From positions 24,162 to 88,161 of the forward strand of contig JAFXDI010000051.1 of assembly GCA_017521245.1 (NCBI GenBank): DNA of 64,000 nucleotides, written 5' to 3'. This DNA comes from Bacteroidales bacterium (GTDB taxonomy: Bacteria; Bacteroidota; Bacteroidia; Bacteroidales; G3-4614). Below are positions 26,716-36,245 of the stretch, in pieces; position 1 is the stretch's first letter, and every line of letters starts with the position of its first letter. A program made the translations under genes and the position numbers. A model generated the notes under the pieces. That model was not told the DNA's origin. It saw nothing but the letters and a program-made list of their open reading frames with translations, and searched no databases.

Positions 26716-26751
26716 TGTCGGAATAAATGTCGGAATAAATGTCGGAATAAA
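26716..26751 (+). repeat. Perfect 3 x 12-bp tandem repeat ATGTCGGAATAA (each unit is a mini-ORF Met-Ser-Glu-stop)
   Basis: Read directly as atgtcggaataa three times. It ends 17 nt before the start codon at 26769. Confidence 0.95.
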
Positions 26752-26768
26752 TTTAAAACAAAAGATAT

Positions 26769-28529
26769 ATGAAAAAATTACTATTACCATTAATGTTATT
26801 AGGATTGTTTGCGTGTAGTACAAAACAGGTTGAGGAGATAACCTATGATACACCATATCCCTTAACAAGTTATGAGGAGTTAGAAGATACAAAACCTGTT
26901 GATGAGGAGGCTTGGAACAACCTCTCGGAGAGTTTCAACCTTACTTGGGCAGATAAGAATATACACTACTCATACAAAAATGTACCTTGTGTTGCTACTT
27001 GCACCGATACTGCAATTACTGTATGGCGAGGTGAGAGAGTTAGTGCGTTGGCTCTTATATACACAACTGAGGAGATAAAAGATGTGGAGTTGAAAATATC
27101 AGAGATTGATGGTGTTGAGGGAAGTGCCACTGCAAACTTTGTTACATACGTTATGACCGATGGCTTCAATGCCGATGGAAACGGAACATGCGGACCACGT
27201 CCTGATCACTCAATTTACGACAGTTCTATGGTTGCCGATGTAATTGACAACCAAAAGATAAGAGATTTAAAACCTCGCAAAGTTCGTCCGGTGTGGTGTA
27301 CTTTTGAGGTGCCTATGGATATTGAGGCAGGTAGTTATGATGTTACTCTTAAAGTAAAAGAGGGTTGGAAAACATTGGGTAAACTCAATGCAGAGATTAA
27401 TGTCTTGGATAGGACGTTACCAGCCCCCAAAGATTATGTGTTCCATTTGGATTTGTGGCAACAACCCTATTCGGTTTCGCGTTATTATAATGTGGAGAAG
27501 TGGAGTAAAGAGCATTTTGAGGCAATGCGTCCAATGATGAAGGCTCTTGCTCGTGCAGGACAAAAGGTTATATCAACCGAGATAATATATGAGCCTTGGG
27601 GTGATCAATCGCACGACAAATTTGACCCGATGATTGAGACTACTCTTAAAACCGATGGCACTTGGGCATACGACTACACCATCTTTGACCGTTGGGTTGA
27701 GTTTATGATGGAGTGCGGTATTGACAAAGAGATTAAATGTTTCTCAATGGTGCCATGGGATATGAACTTCCGTTACTTGGATGAGGCAACAGGTGAGTAT
27801 AAATTCCTTCATGCAAAAACTTCAGATGCTGAGTATCGCGAGTTTTGGACTCCTCTACTACAATCACTTGCTCAACACCTAAAAGAGAAGGGGTGGTACG
27901 AGAAGACCTCAATATGTATGGATGAGCGTGAGTTGAGTGCAATGCTTGATGCCTATAACCTGTTACAAGAGGTTGTGCCCGGAATGAAGATGTCTCTTGC
28001 AGGAAACTATCATGCCGAGTTGGTTGACCTGCTATACGACTTTACTGTGCAATATGAGCAATACTTCACAAAAGAGGAGCTGGAGCGCCGTAAAGCAAAC
28101 GGACAGGTAACGCTTTACTACACAAGTTGTGCTACAACCTATCCTAACTCATATACATTCTCATCACCTGCCGAGTCGACATGTATGCCACTTCACGCAG
28201 TACAGGCAGGATTTGACGGATTCTTGCGTTGGGCATACAACAACTGGGGCGAAGATCCATTACGTGATACACGCTACCGCCTATGGGGTGCAGGAGACTC
28301 ATTCCTGATATACCCGGGATTCCGCAGTTCGGTACGCTTTGAACGTTTTGTTGAGGGTGTGCAGGATGCCGAGAAGATAAGAATCTTACGTGAGGAGTAT
28401 GCTGCAAATGGAAACAGCGAGGCGTTAGCCGAGTTGGAAGAGAAGATAAATACCTTTGCTGAAGGTGAGATGAATGCCGAGAATGCTGGATGCAAAGTAA
28501 AGGCTCTTGAAGCAATATTAAACCGATAA
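26769..28529 (+). CDS. Lipoprotein, DUF4091 / GH123-like putative glycoside hydrolase
   Basis: The 586-aa protein has a lipoprotein signal (..LLGLFAC, Cys16). Its overall resemblance to Bacteroides DUF4091 proteins is from recollection, and the function is uncertain. Confidence 0.5.
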   Translation: MKKLLLPLMLLGLFACSTKQVEEITYDTPYPLTSYEELEDTKPVDEEAWNNLSESFNLTWADKNIHYSYKNVPCVATCTDTAITVWRGERVSALALIYTTEEIKDVELKISEIDGVEGSATANFVTYVMTDGFNADGNGTCGPRPDHSIYDSSMVADVIDNQKIRDLKPRKVRPVWCTFEVPMDIEAGSYDVTLKVKEGWKTLGKLNAEINVLDRTLPAPKDYVFHLDLWQQPYSVSRYYNVEKWSKEHFEAMRPMMKALARAGQKVISTEIIYEPWGDQSHDKFDPMIETTLKTDGTWAYDYTIFDRWVEFMMECGIDKEIKCFSMVPWDMNFRYLDEATGEYKFLHAKTSDAEYREFWTPLLQSLAQHLKEKGWYEKTSICMDERELSAMLDAYNLLQEVVPGMKMSLAGNYHAELVDLLYDFTVQYEQYFTKEELERRKANGQVTLYYTSCATTYPNSYTFSSPAESTCMPLHAVQAGFDGFLRWAYNNWGEDPLRDTRYRLWGAGDSFLIYPGFRSSVRFERFVEGVQDAEKIRILREEYAANGNSEALAELEEKINTFAEGEMNAENAGCKVKALEAILNR

Positions 28530-28539
28530 ACTTGATACT

Positions 28540-29484
28540 ATGAACAGAATATGTAGCCTTTTTGGAATAAAATACCCCATCGTGGCAGGAGGTATGGTGT
28601 GGTGTAGCGGCTGGAGATTGGCTGCTGCAGTGAGCAATGCAGGAGGATTGGGATTGATAGGTGCAGGGTCGATGCACCCCGAAACTCTCAGAGAGCATAT
28701 CCAAAAATGTAAGGCAGCAACTACTAAACCCTTTGGCGTTAACATCCCATTAATGTACCCTCAGATAGAGGAGATAATGCAGATAGTAGTGGAGGAGGGT
28801 GTAAAGATAGTCTTTACATCGGCAGGTAGTCCAAAGAAATGGACCGACTATCTACACCAGAACGGAGCGGTTGTGGCACACGTAGTATCATCGGCACTCT
28901 TTGCCAAGAAGTGTGAGGATGCTGGTGTTGATGCCGTAGTTGCCGAAGGGTTTGAGGCAGGAGGCCATAACGGACGCGAAGAGACTACAACACTATGCTT
29001 GATTCCATCGGTACGCAAAGCAACCACCCTTCCGCTTATAGCAGCAGGAGGAGTGGCAACAGGTAGCGGAATGGCTGCAACCTTCTCGCTTGGAGCAGAG
29101 GGTGTGCAGATAGGAACACGCTTTGCTATGACGGAGGAGAGTTCGGCAAGTGAAGAGTTTAAAACTCTTTGCCGAGGCTTAAACGAGGGAGATACCAAAC
29201 TGATGCTAAAACAACTCGCCCCCACTCGACTTATAAAAAACAACTTCTACAAACAGGTTGAGGAGGCTGAATTACGCGGAGCATCTGTTGAAGAGTTAAA
29301 AGAGTTATTGGGTAAGGGACGTGCCAAAAAAGGAATATTTGAGGGCGACCTCGAGGAGGGCGAATTGGAGATTGGACAAGTTGCATCCTTAATCTCGGAA
29401 CCTGAAACAGCACAACAAGCGGTAGAAGATATTGTAACCGAGTTTAACGAAACAATAAAAAGAGTATCTGAGGTAATTTTTTAG
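28540..29484 (+). CDS. FMN-dependent oxidoreductase of the nitronate monooxygenase / FabK (enoyl-ACP reductase II) family
   Basis: The 314-aa protein shows motifs YPIVAGGMVW, GLGLIGAGS and EGFEAGGHNG, typical of NMO/FabK TIM-barrel enzymes. Confidence 0.8.
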   Translation: MNRICSLFGIKYPIVAGGMVWCSGWRLAAAVSNAGGLGLIGAGSMHPETLREHIQKCKAATTKPFGVNIPLMYPQIEEIMQIVVEEGVKIVFTSAGSPKKWTDYLHQNGAVVAHVVSSALFAKKCEDAGVDAVVAEGFEAGGHNGREETTTLCLIPSVRKATTLPLIAAGGVATGSGMAATFSLGAEGVQIGTRFAMTEESSASEEFKTLCRGLNEGDTKLMLKQLAPTRLIKNNFYKQVEEAELRGASVEELKELLGKGRAKKGIFEGDLEEGELEIGQVASLISEPETAQQAVEDIVTEFNETIKRVSEVIF

Positions 29485-29540
29485 TTACCCCTTCGGGTAG
29501 TTGCTTGGTTTTTAGTTGCCCCTTCGGGGTAGTGTTATAT

Positions 29541-29575
29541 AAAAAGAGTGTGCCTTGCAAGACACACTCTTTTGC
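29541..29575 (+). terminator. Rho-independent terminator after the NMO/FabK-family gene
   Basis: agagtgtgccttg pairs with caagacacactct and is followed by tttt. It is preceded by two small GC hairpins at 29482-29534. Confidence 0.75.
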
Positions 29576-29592
29576 ATATATTAAATTATCAA

Positions 29593-29717
29593 AGCAAGTT
29601 CAACAAACGAATCTATGTTAACTAACAAAGTTGCGAGTAAGCGAACACAATACAAAATTTATTTGTGTATTGTTGAGCGAGAGCAAGTTCAACAAACGAA
29701 TGTTTGTTAACTGATAA
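29593..29717 (-). repeat. Structured intergenic repeat, family A, copy 2 (minus orientation, about 1.3 units)
   Basis: The reverse complement aligns with copies 1 and 3 and begins at the purB stop codon. The first hairpin module recurs at the distal end (29593-29630). Confidence 0.7.
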
Positions 29718-31064
29718 CTACATACCAGTATAGTTCATAGGTGTAATTTTGCGAAGTTCTGCTTTAATCTCCTCGCTAACGTTAAGGGTGTCAATGAACT
29801 CGCTGATAGAGTTTGCATCAACAACAGAGTTTTTGCGAGTAAGAGCCTTCAATGCTTCGTATGGTTTTGGATAACCCTCTCGGCGAAGAATAGTTTGAAT
29901 AGCCTCAGCACAAACATTCCACATATTGTTAAGGTCGGCAGCAATCGCCTCTTCGTTAAGAAGAAGTTTTCCTAATCCTTTCATGGTTGAAGCAATAGCA
30001 ATCATCATGTGTCCCATAGGAACTCCAACGTTACGAAGAACAGTAGAGTCTGTTAGGTCGCGTTGAAGGCGTGAGATAGGCAATTTTGTTGCAAGGTGGT
30101 CAAGAATTGCATTTGCAATACCTAAGTTACCCTCTGAGTTCTCAAAGTCGATAGGATTAACTTTGTGAGGCATAGCCGATGAACCAACCTCTCCCGCTTT
30201 AATTTTTTGTTTAAAGTACTCCATTGAGATATATTGCCAGAAGTCTTTATCCAAGTCCATTAAAATGGTGTTTATGCGGCGCATACCGTCAAAGAGAGCG
30301 GCAAGGTTGTCGTAGTTTGAGATTTGTGTAGTCCACTCCTCTCGCTCAATACCTAAGTTTTTAGATAGGAAGTTGTTTGCAAACTCTCTCCAGTTGTACT
30401 CAGGATATGCAACGTGGTGAGCATTAAAGTTTCCTGTTGCTCCACCAAACTTACCGCTGATAGGAGTGTTTTTAAGGATATTCAACTGTTTCTCCAAACG
30501 ATATACAAACACCATCATCTCTTTACCTAAACGAGTAGGAGAAGCGGGTTGACCATGAGTTTTTGCAAGCATAGGAATATCTTTCCACTCCTCAGCAAAA
30601 GTGCGACACTTCTCAATCAACTCCTCAATAGCTGGGTAATAAACATTGGTTAATGCCTCTTTGATAGAGACAGGAATAGAGGTGTTGTTAATATCTTGCG
30701 AAGTCAAGCCAAAGTGGATAAACTCTTTATAAGCCTCCAAACCACCAATAGCATCAAATTTCTCTTTAATGAAATACTCAACTGCTTTAACATCGTGGTT
30801 AGTAACGCTCTCAATCTCCTTAACGTGTTTAGCATCCTCTTCGGTAAAGCATTTGTAGATACTTCTCAAAGCAGGGTAGATATCCGAGGTGATACCTTCC
30901 ATTTGAGGAAGTTTAATCTCTGCCAAAGCAATAAAATACTCAATCTCAACATAAACGCGATAGCGAATAAGTGCATACTCCGAGAAGTAGTCTGCCAACA
31001 TCGAAGTCTTAGAGTTGTAGCGTCCGTCAATAGGCGAAACTGCTGTAAGTGGTGAAAATTCCAT
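29718..31064 (-). CDS. purB: Adenylosuccinate lyase
   Basis: The 448-aa protein has the fumarate-lyase signature GSSAMPHKVNP and the N-terminal SPIDGRY motif. Confidence 0.95.
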   Translation of the reverse strand: MEFSPLTAVSPIDGRYNSKTSMLADYFSEYALIRYRVYVEIEYFIALAEIKLPQMEGITSDIYPALRSIYKCFTEEDAKHVKEIESVTNHDVKAVEYFIKEKFDAIGGLEAYKEFIHFGLTSQDINNTSIPVSIKEALTNVYYPAIEELIEKCRTFAEEWKDIPMLAKTHGQPASPTRLGKEMMVFVYRLEKQLNILKNTPISGKFGGATGNFNAHHVAYPEYNWREFANNFLSKNLGIEREEWTTQISNYDNLAALFDGMRRINTILMDLDKDFWQYISMEYFKQKIKAGEVGSSAMPHKVNPIDFENSEGNLGIANAILDHLATKLPISRLQRDLTDSTVLRNVGVPMGHMMIAIASTMKGLGKLLLNEEAIAADLNNMWNVCAEAIQTILRREGYPKPYEALKALTRKNSVVDANSISEFIDTLNVSEEIKAELRKITPMNYTGM

Positions 31065-31190
31065 ATCTTTTAAAATTATATATAGTTTCTGAATAATAGT
31101 GCGAAGATAATAATTTTTTTGCGTACTATCCCCCTTTGTGAGTGATATATTTAGAATTGAGTAAAAAGATAATGGGGAGTGAATATATGA

Positions 31191-31223
31191 AAATAAAAAA
31201 GCACTTGCCTTTTTGACAAGTGC
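31191..31223 (-). terminator. Rho-independent terminator after tRNA-Val
   Basis: On the minus strand gcacttg pairs with caagtgc and is followed by ttttttattt, 14 nt after the tRNA 3' end. Confidence 0.75.
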
Positions 31224-31236
31224 TTTATCCTTTTTG

Positions 31237-31311
31237 TGGGCGTTGACGGATTCGAACCGCCGACCCTCTGCTTGTAAGGCAGATGCTCTAAACCAGCTGA
31301 GCTAAACGCCC
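31237..31311 (-). tRNA. tRNA-Val (anticodon TAC)
   Basis: I folded the cloverleaf by hand: acceptor GGGCGTT/AACGCCC, D stem GCTC/GAGC, anticodon stem TCTGC/GCAGA with loop CTTACAA, and T arm GGCGG-TTCGAAT-CCGTC. It is 75 nt long and CCA is not encoded. Confidence 0.93.
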
Positions 31312-31342
31312 TTTTTGAGAGGTTTGTTTCTCAATTGCGATG

Positions 31343-31350
31343 CAAAGGTA
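31343..31350 (-). promoter_or_regulatory. Candidate -7 box (TAnnTTTG on minus strand) for tRNA-Val
   Basis: The plus strand reads caaaggta, which is tacctttg on the minus strand, 32 nt upstream of the mature tRNA 5' end. Confidence 0.45.
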
Positions 31351-31529
31351 ATGCTCTTTTTTGTATCCACCAAATTTTTTACTAACTTTTTTTGAAAAAA
31401 ATATCGCAGAAAATCTTTAAATTTTATTATGTCTTAAATATCAAGTGGTTGTGGAACGTGTGAATAGTAGAATAAAAATAGGAGTAGAATAAAATTCCAC
31501 TCCTATTAAAATAAAATATATGGTTTATC

Positions 31530-33173
31530 TTATTTGCAACCACCAAGACAAAGAGGTTTAATCTGTTTAAAGAAGTCGTTGCCTTTATCATCAACAAGGA
31601 TGAATGCAGGGAAATCTTCAACCTCAATTTTCCAGATAGCCTCCATACCCAACTCGGGATACTCTACGCACTCAACGCTCTTAATGTTGTTTTGTGCAAG
31701 AATTGCAGCAGGTCCACCAATACTTCCAAGATAGAATCCGCCATGTTTGTGACAAGCGTCAGTAACTTGTTGGCTACGGTTACCTTTTGCAATCATAATC
31801 ATTGAACCTCCGTTTGCTTGGAATAGGTCAACGTATGAATCCATACGGCCTGCTGTTGTAGGTCCAAATGAGCCTGAAGGCATTCCTTTAGGAGTTTTAG
31901 CAGGTCCTGCATAGTAGATTGGATGATCTTTGATATATTGAGGCAAACCTTCGCCGTTGTCGATACGCTCTTTAAGTTTAGCGTGTGCAATATCTCTACC
32001 AACTATGATTGTTCCGTTCAATGATAGGCGAGTAGAAACAGGGTATTTGCTCAACTCTGCAAGAACTTCGTTCATTGGGCGATTAAGGTTGATTTTTACT
32101 GCATCACCCTCTCCTGCTTGACGCAACTCTTCGGGGATAAGATTTCCAGGTTGATCATCCATCTTCTCAATCCAGATACCATCTTTGTTGATTTTTGCTT
32201 TAATGTTGCGGTCTGCCGAGCAAGATACTCCCAAACCAACCGGACAACTTGCACCGTGGCGAGACATACGGATAATTCTGATATCGTGAGCAAAATATTT
32301 ACCTCCAAATTGAGCACCAATACCAGCCTCTTGAGCAGCCTTCAAAACTTGTTTTTCCAACTCAACATCGCGGAACGAACGTCCTAACTCATTTCCAGTA
32401 GTGGGAAGAGTGTCAAGATATTTGGCTGATGCAAGTTTTACTGTTTTAAGGTTAGTCTCTGCCGAAGTTCCACCAATAACAAAAGCAATGTGGTATGGAG
32501 GACATGCAGCAGTACCCAAAGTCTTCATCTTCTCAACTAAGAACTTAACCAATGAGTCGGGGTTAAGCAATGCCTTAGTCTCTTGGTAAAGATAAGTTTT
32601 GTTAGCCGAGCCACCACCTTTAGCCATAAATAAGAATTTATACTCATCGCCATCAATAGCGTAAAGGTCAATTTGAGCAGGAAGGTTGCAACCGGTGTTT
32701 ACCTCTTTGTACATATCCAAAGGTGCATTTTGTGAGTAACGCAAATTCTCTTCGGTATATGTTTGATAGATACCTTTTGAAAGAGCCTCAGCATCGCCAC
32801 CTCCAGTGTAGATGTTCTCTCCCTTTTTACCCATTACAATGGCAGTACCTGTATCTTGGCAAACTGGAAGTTGTCCTTTAGCGGCAACCTCAGCGTTACG
32901 CAACATTGTTAATGCTACATACTTGTCGTTCTCGCTTGCTTCGGGGTCTGAAAGAATCTTGGCCACCATCTCGTTATGCTCTCTGCGTAACAAAAACGAA
33001 ACGTCTCTCATAGCCGCTTTTGCCAAAGCGGTCAATCCCTCAGGTTCAACACAAACAATTTTTCTGTCTCCAAACTCTTTAACGCTTACATAATCTTTTG
33101 TAAGCAAATAATACTCAGTGTTATCCTTACCCATCTCAAAGGGGTCTTGATACTTAAATGGTTCTGTTGCCAT
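31530..33173 (-). CDS. fumB: Class I (Fe-S) fumarate hydratase, fused alpha/beta
   Basis: The 547-aa protein is colinear with the enterobacterial FumA/FumB type (from recollection). The length matches. Confidence 0.9.
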   Translation of the reverse strand: MATEPFKYQDPFEMGKDNTEYYLLTKDYVSVKEFGDRKIVCVEPEGLTALAKAAMRDVSFLLRREHNEMVAKILSDPEASENDKYVALTMLRNAEVAAKGQLPVCQDTGTAIVMGKKGENIYTGGGDAEALSKGIYQTYTEENLRYSQNAPLDMYKEVNTGCNLPAQIDLYAIDGDEYKFLFMAKGGGSANKTYLYQETKALLNPDSLVKFLVEKMKTLGTAACPPYHIAFVIGGTSAETNLKTVKLASAKYLDTLPTTGNELGRSFRDVELEKQVLKAAQEAGIGAQFGGKYFAHDIRIIRMSRHGASCPVGLGVSCSADRNIKAKINKDGIWIEKMDDQPGNLIPEELRQAGEGDAVKINLNRPMNEVLAELSKYPVSTRLSLNGTIIVGRDIAHAKLKERIDNGEGLPQYIKDHPIYYAGPAKTPKGMPSGSFGPTTAGRMDSYVDLFQANGGSMIMIAKGNRSQQVTDACHKHGGFYLGSIGGPAAILAQNNIKSVECVEYPELGMEAIWKIEVEDFPAFILVDDKGNDFFKQIKPLCLGGCK

Positions 33174-33375
33174 ATCGTTTAGTTTAAAAATAAATCATAT
33201 TCAAAAATGAAATCTTTATTCTGCGAAGATAGTACAAACCGGGATCAGAACCAAACTTGTTTGAGTTATGCCGAGGTGCCGCCTATTTTCGCAATGGTTT
33301 ATCCATTGCAAAGTTAATAAAATAGGTTATTTAAAACAATAGCAAAAGGGATATTAATATTAAGGAGATTGCCCC

Positions 33376-33546
33376 CTACTCCCAATTATAATTTTTATAG
33401 AGTTCTGCTACTTCATTATCCATTACTCCTCTATATTTAATAAATGAATTGCACGCCTCTTTTAAACCCTTAATGTTCTTTTTTTGTATTTTATCTAAAG
33501 AGGGTAACTCAGATTTTATATTATTAATAATTTCAATTTTTGACAT
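33376..33546 (-). CDS. Small hypothetical protein (56 aa), not in the supplied ORF track
   Basis: The ORF runs ATG to TAG and encodes MSKIEIINNIKSELPSLDKIQKKNIKGLKEACNSFIKYRGVMDNEVAELYKNYNWE. I have no homology evidence for it, and it lies in an AT-rich spacer. Confidence 0.2.
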   Translation of the reverse strand: MSKIEIINNIKSELPSLDKIQKKNIKGLKEACNSFIKYRGVMDNEVAELYKNYNWE

Positions 33547-33845
33547 AAAATTTTATTGTTAATTGAGGTTCGTTAATAGTGAATAAAGTATGAGAGAGAA
33601 TAACTCTATTCAGGTAAGTTTTACGGAGCAAAGGTATAGTGCTTTTTATGAAATCTCCTTCATAAAGAAGCTCTCTATCAGTTTGTCAACCGATAAATAT
33701 TTTTTGGGGATTAATAAATATAAAGGATAGTTTGTGAGTTTGCAATATATATATATATTAAATACATTGATGAGAAAATAAACTTAATATTTTACGAATA
33801 ATAAGAGGCTGTGTCAAAATGTAAATTTTGGCCCAGTCTCTTTTA

Positions 33846-33962
33846 GGTGTGTAAGAATTGATAAAATACAAGGCGTTGAAATTTAGGGCGAAAGAAGTGT
33901 ACAAGAAGTACATGACTGAGCCCTAATATTGAAAACAACACAGTAGTTTGTTAATTATGACA
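33846..33962. repeat. Family B repeat, solo copy
   Basis: It aligns over about 117 nt with the units at 4231-4484, in the same orientation, and contains the hairpin ttagggcgaaagaagtgtacaagaagtacatgactgagccctaa. Confidence 0.8.
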
Positions 33963-34102
33963 CATCGTCACCTCATACTTGCTATTAGGTTTGCTGATTT
34001 TAACATATTAATTATACAGATATATTTGTACCTATTATATATATGCCTTAATTGAGACATAAACCAACAAGAGCGAAGAAGTAAGCATCATCTTTTGTGA
34101 TA

Positions 34103-34690
34103 CTAATTTAATTTGTCATCATAAAACAGCACCTCTTTTTGCATATGAGTCATAGGCATTCCTAGAAACTCACGAATGTTTACAGAGGTAAAGCCTAATG
34201 AGGTGTAGAGTTTTTTAGCATTGGGGTTTTCGTTATCTACCAATAGTCCTAATATGGAGATGTTGAGTTCACGAGATTTCTCCTCTACCTTTGCAATTAA
34301 TGCTTTGGCTATACCACACCCTCTGAACTCTTTAAATACGGCAAGGGAGTCGATATATAACTCTCCACTTTCGCACTCATCAGTTATCTTTTTACCAAGT
34401 TGAGTGCCTCGTTTTTCAAGTTCCTGAAAGAGTGCCTCACGCAACTCATAGAGTCTTGCACCATCGTAACTGCATATTGCTCCTGCCACCTTACCGTCAA
34501 CCTCGCACACATAGCAGTTTTTGTAAGAGTATTGACTATCTTCTCGCTCGGCCAATGCTTTAACCAACTCATAATTAAAGGGAGAGGTATGTTCCGATAA
34601 CCTCTCTATATCTACCCCTATGGCAAGTAGCACCACTTTAGCAATAATGTCAGAATCTTGTTTTGTTGCCTCACGTATTATTTTGTTCAT
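34103..34690 (-). CDS. GNAT-family N-acetyltransferase
   Basis: The 195-aa protein has an acetyl-CoA pocket-like motif (..VFKEFRGCGIAKALI..). Confidence 0.8.
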   Translation of the reverse strand: MNKIIREATKQDSDIIAKVVLLAIGVDIERLSEHTSPFNYELVKALAEREDSQYSYKNCYVCEVDGKVAGAICSYDGARLYELREALFQELEKRGTQLGKKITDECESGELYIDSLAVFKEFRGCGIAKALIAKVEEKSRELNISILGLLVDNENPNAKKLYTSLGFTSVNIREFLGMPMTHMQKEVLFYDDKLN

Positions 34691-34710
34691 AGCAATTTAT
34701 CTCTATTGGT

Positions 34711-34742
34711 AAAAAAGACTTCCGATTACTCGGAAGTCTTTT
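34711..34742 (-). terminator. Rho-independent terminator after the CNNM/CBS gene
   Basis: On the minus strand aagacttccga pairs with tcggaagtctt and is followed by tttttt, directly after the stop at 34743-34745. Confidence 0.75.
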
Positions 34743-35807
34743 TTATTCAGTTTTCTTCTTAGTTTTCGTTGCTATTTTCGCTGCTCGTTGCTGACTCATC
34801 TTTTGCCAACGTTCCCGAGCAAGTTCTTGCATATCCTCAGTCTTGTCATATTCATCAACAATCTCAACACCGAGCATTGTCTCAATTACATCCTCCATTG
34901 TTACCAATCCACGCATACATCCGTATTCATCGGTAATTACTGAGATATGTTCTTTACTCTCAAGCATCTTTTCCCATATCTCCGACACTGAGGTCTCTTC
35001 TCCAAACGATAGCATTGGACGCATTATATCAGAGAGTTTAATATTAAACTTATCCTCAGCCAAACGTTCCAATACGGTTGCACGTAATATATAACCTGTT
35101 ATATAGTCGCGATTATCTTTATACACAGGAATACGTGAGTGCGACAAATCTTTTAGAGCATAAAACTCTTTTACAGTCATTGTTTCAGGAACACTCTCCA
35201 CCACCAGATTGGGTGTCATAATATCCTCTGCCAAAACGCTGTCGAGTTTTATGAAGTTTTGGATTATTTTTTTCTCCTTTACTTGGAATACTCCCTCCTC
35301 TACACCAACGTTAACCATAGCAGATACCTCCTCGCGACTAACAGTGGTTTGTTCGCCTCTATCAAATATTTTTGTTATAAACTCTGATAATTTCACAAAG
35401 GGATATGTAATTACAATCAACACTTTAATTATTTTGGTTGCTGGTATTGCCAACACTCTCCAACTATTTGCACCAATGGTTTTTGGTATAATTTCGGAGA
35501 ATACCAAAATAAGTATTGTAAGAATTGCAGATATTACACCAAAATACTCTTCACCAAACACCTTTCCTGCTTCGGCACCTACACCTGCCGCACCTATTGT
35601 GTGGGCTATTGTGTTTAATGAGAGAATGGCGGCTACCGGACCGTCAATTTCGGTTTTATACTTTTTAAGAAGTTTTGCTGTTTTGCTTCCCTCCTCCTCT
35701 TTCATTGATATATACGACATAGGAGTTGACAACAAAACTGCCTCTAATATTGAACAAAGAAATGATATTGATAATGCACCAAATAGATATAAAAAAATCA
35801 GACCCAT
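34743..35807 (-). CDS. CNNM/DUF21 transmembrane domain plus CBS-pair protein (hemolysin/CorC-related family)
   Basis: The 354-aa protein has an N-terminal four-TM DUF21-like region followed by tandem CBS-like segments. No CorC_HlyC C-terminal domain is evident. Confidence 0.75.
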   Translation of the reverse strand: MGLIFLYLFGALSISFLCSILEAVLLSTPMSYISMKEEEGSKTAKLLKKYKTEIDGPVAAILSLNTIAHTIGAAGVGAEAGKVFGEEYFGVISAILTILILVFSEIIPKTIGANSWRVLAIPATKIIKVLIVITYPFVKLSEFITKIFDRGEQTTVSREEVSAMVNVGVEEGVFQVKEKKIIQNFIKLDSVLAEDIMTPNLVVESVPETMTVKEFYALKDLSHSRIPVYKDNRDYITGYILRATVLERLAEDKFNIKLSDIMRPMLSFGEETSVSEIWEKMLESKEHISVITDEYGCMRGLVTMEDVIETMLGVEIVDEYDKTEDMQELARERWQKMSQQRAAKIATKTKKKTE

Positions 35808-36245
35808 AAATTTAAATTTAAATTAAACAATCATCTATGTCAAATTTGGGTTTAATTGACCAGACTTATAAAAAACTCGTGTATGACTTATATGGTGCCT
35901 TTGTCATTCACGATACACAAAGAATATGGATCGATACATTTTAAGTTATTAGTTTTTAGTGTTAGTTGTTGGATATTTTAAAATCCAAAACTTCATTTTC
36001 TGTTTTGCAAAGGTAATAAAAAGTTTTTAGTTTTCATATCCCATTATTTTTTTTAGTACCAATTGGGAGGTTTTCATTGATGTTTATATGCTATTTTTTG
36101 CCCTCTATATTGTTAAAAACTCCTATTTTAAGACCTATTTACCGCTGTATTTAAAAACTTATCAACAATTTAGGCAGATTATTCAAATTTGAGATGGCAG
36201 GTTTTGATAAAATTTGCTTATTTTGTAAATCGTAATAACCGAACT

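Noticed and set aside
26644-26892. This is an 82-aa minus-strand ORF containing FIPTFIPTFIPT.
   Set aside because: The peptide repeat is the antisense reading of the 12-bp triple repeat. The ORF also overlaps the start of the lipoprotein gene on the opposite strand.
28144-28704. This is a 186-aa minus-strand ORF spanning the junction of the DUF4091 and NMO/FabK-family genes.
   Set aside because: It is antisense to two well-supported plus-strand genes and has a Ser/His/Cys/Pro-rich, shadow-like composition.
35209-35826. This is a 205-aa plus-strand ORF.
   Set aside because: It is antisense to the CNNM/CBS gene and is a shadow ORF. The same reasoning applies to 55200-55808 (antisense to secY), 6349-6795 (antisense to feoB), 36968-37441 (antisense to parA/parB) and 54185-54613 (an alternative frame inside map).
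36189-36245. This is the 19-codon N-terminal extension of parA in the ORF track ([19 protein letters not shown]).
   Set aside because: ParA/Soj proteins start a few residues before the KGGVGKTT loop, and the ATG at 36246 gives the canonical [19 protein letters not shown]-terminus.
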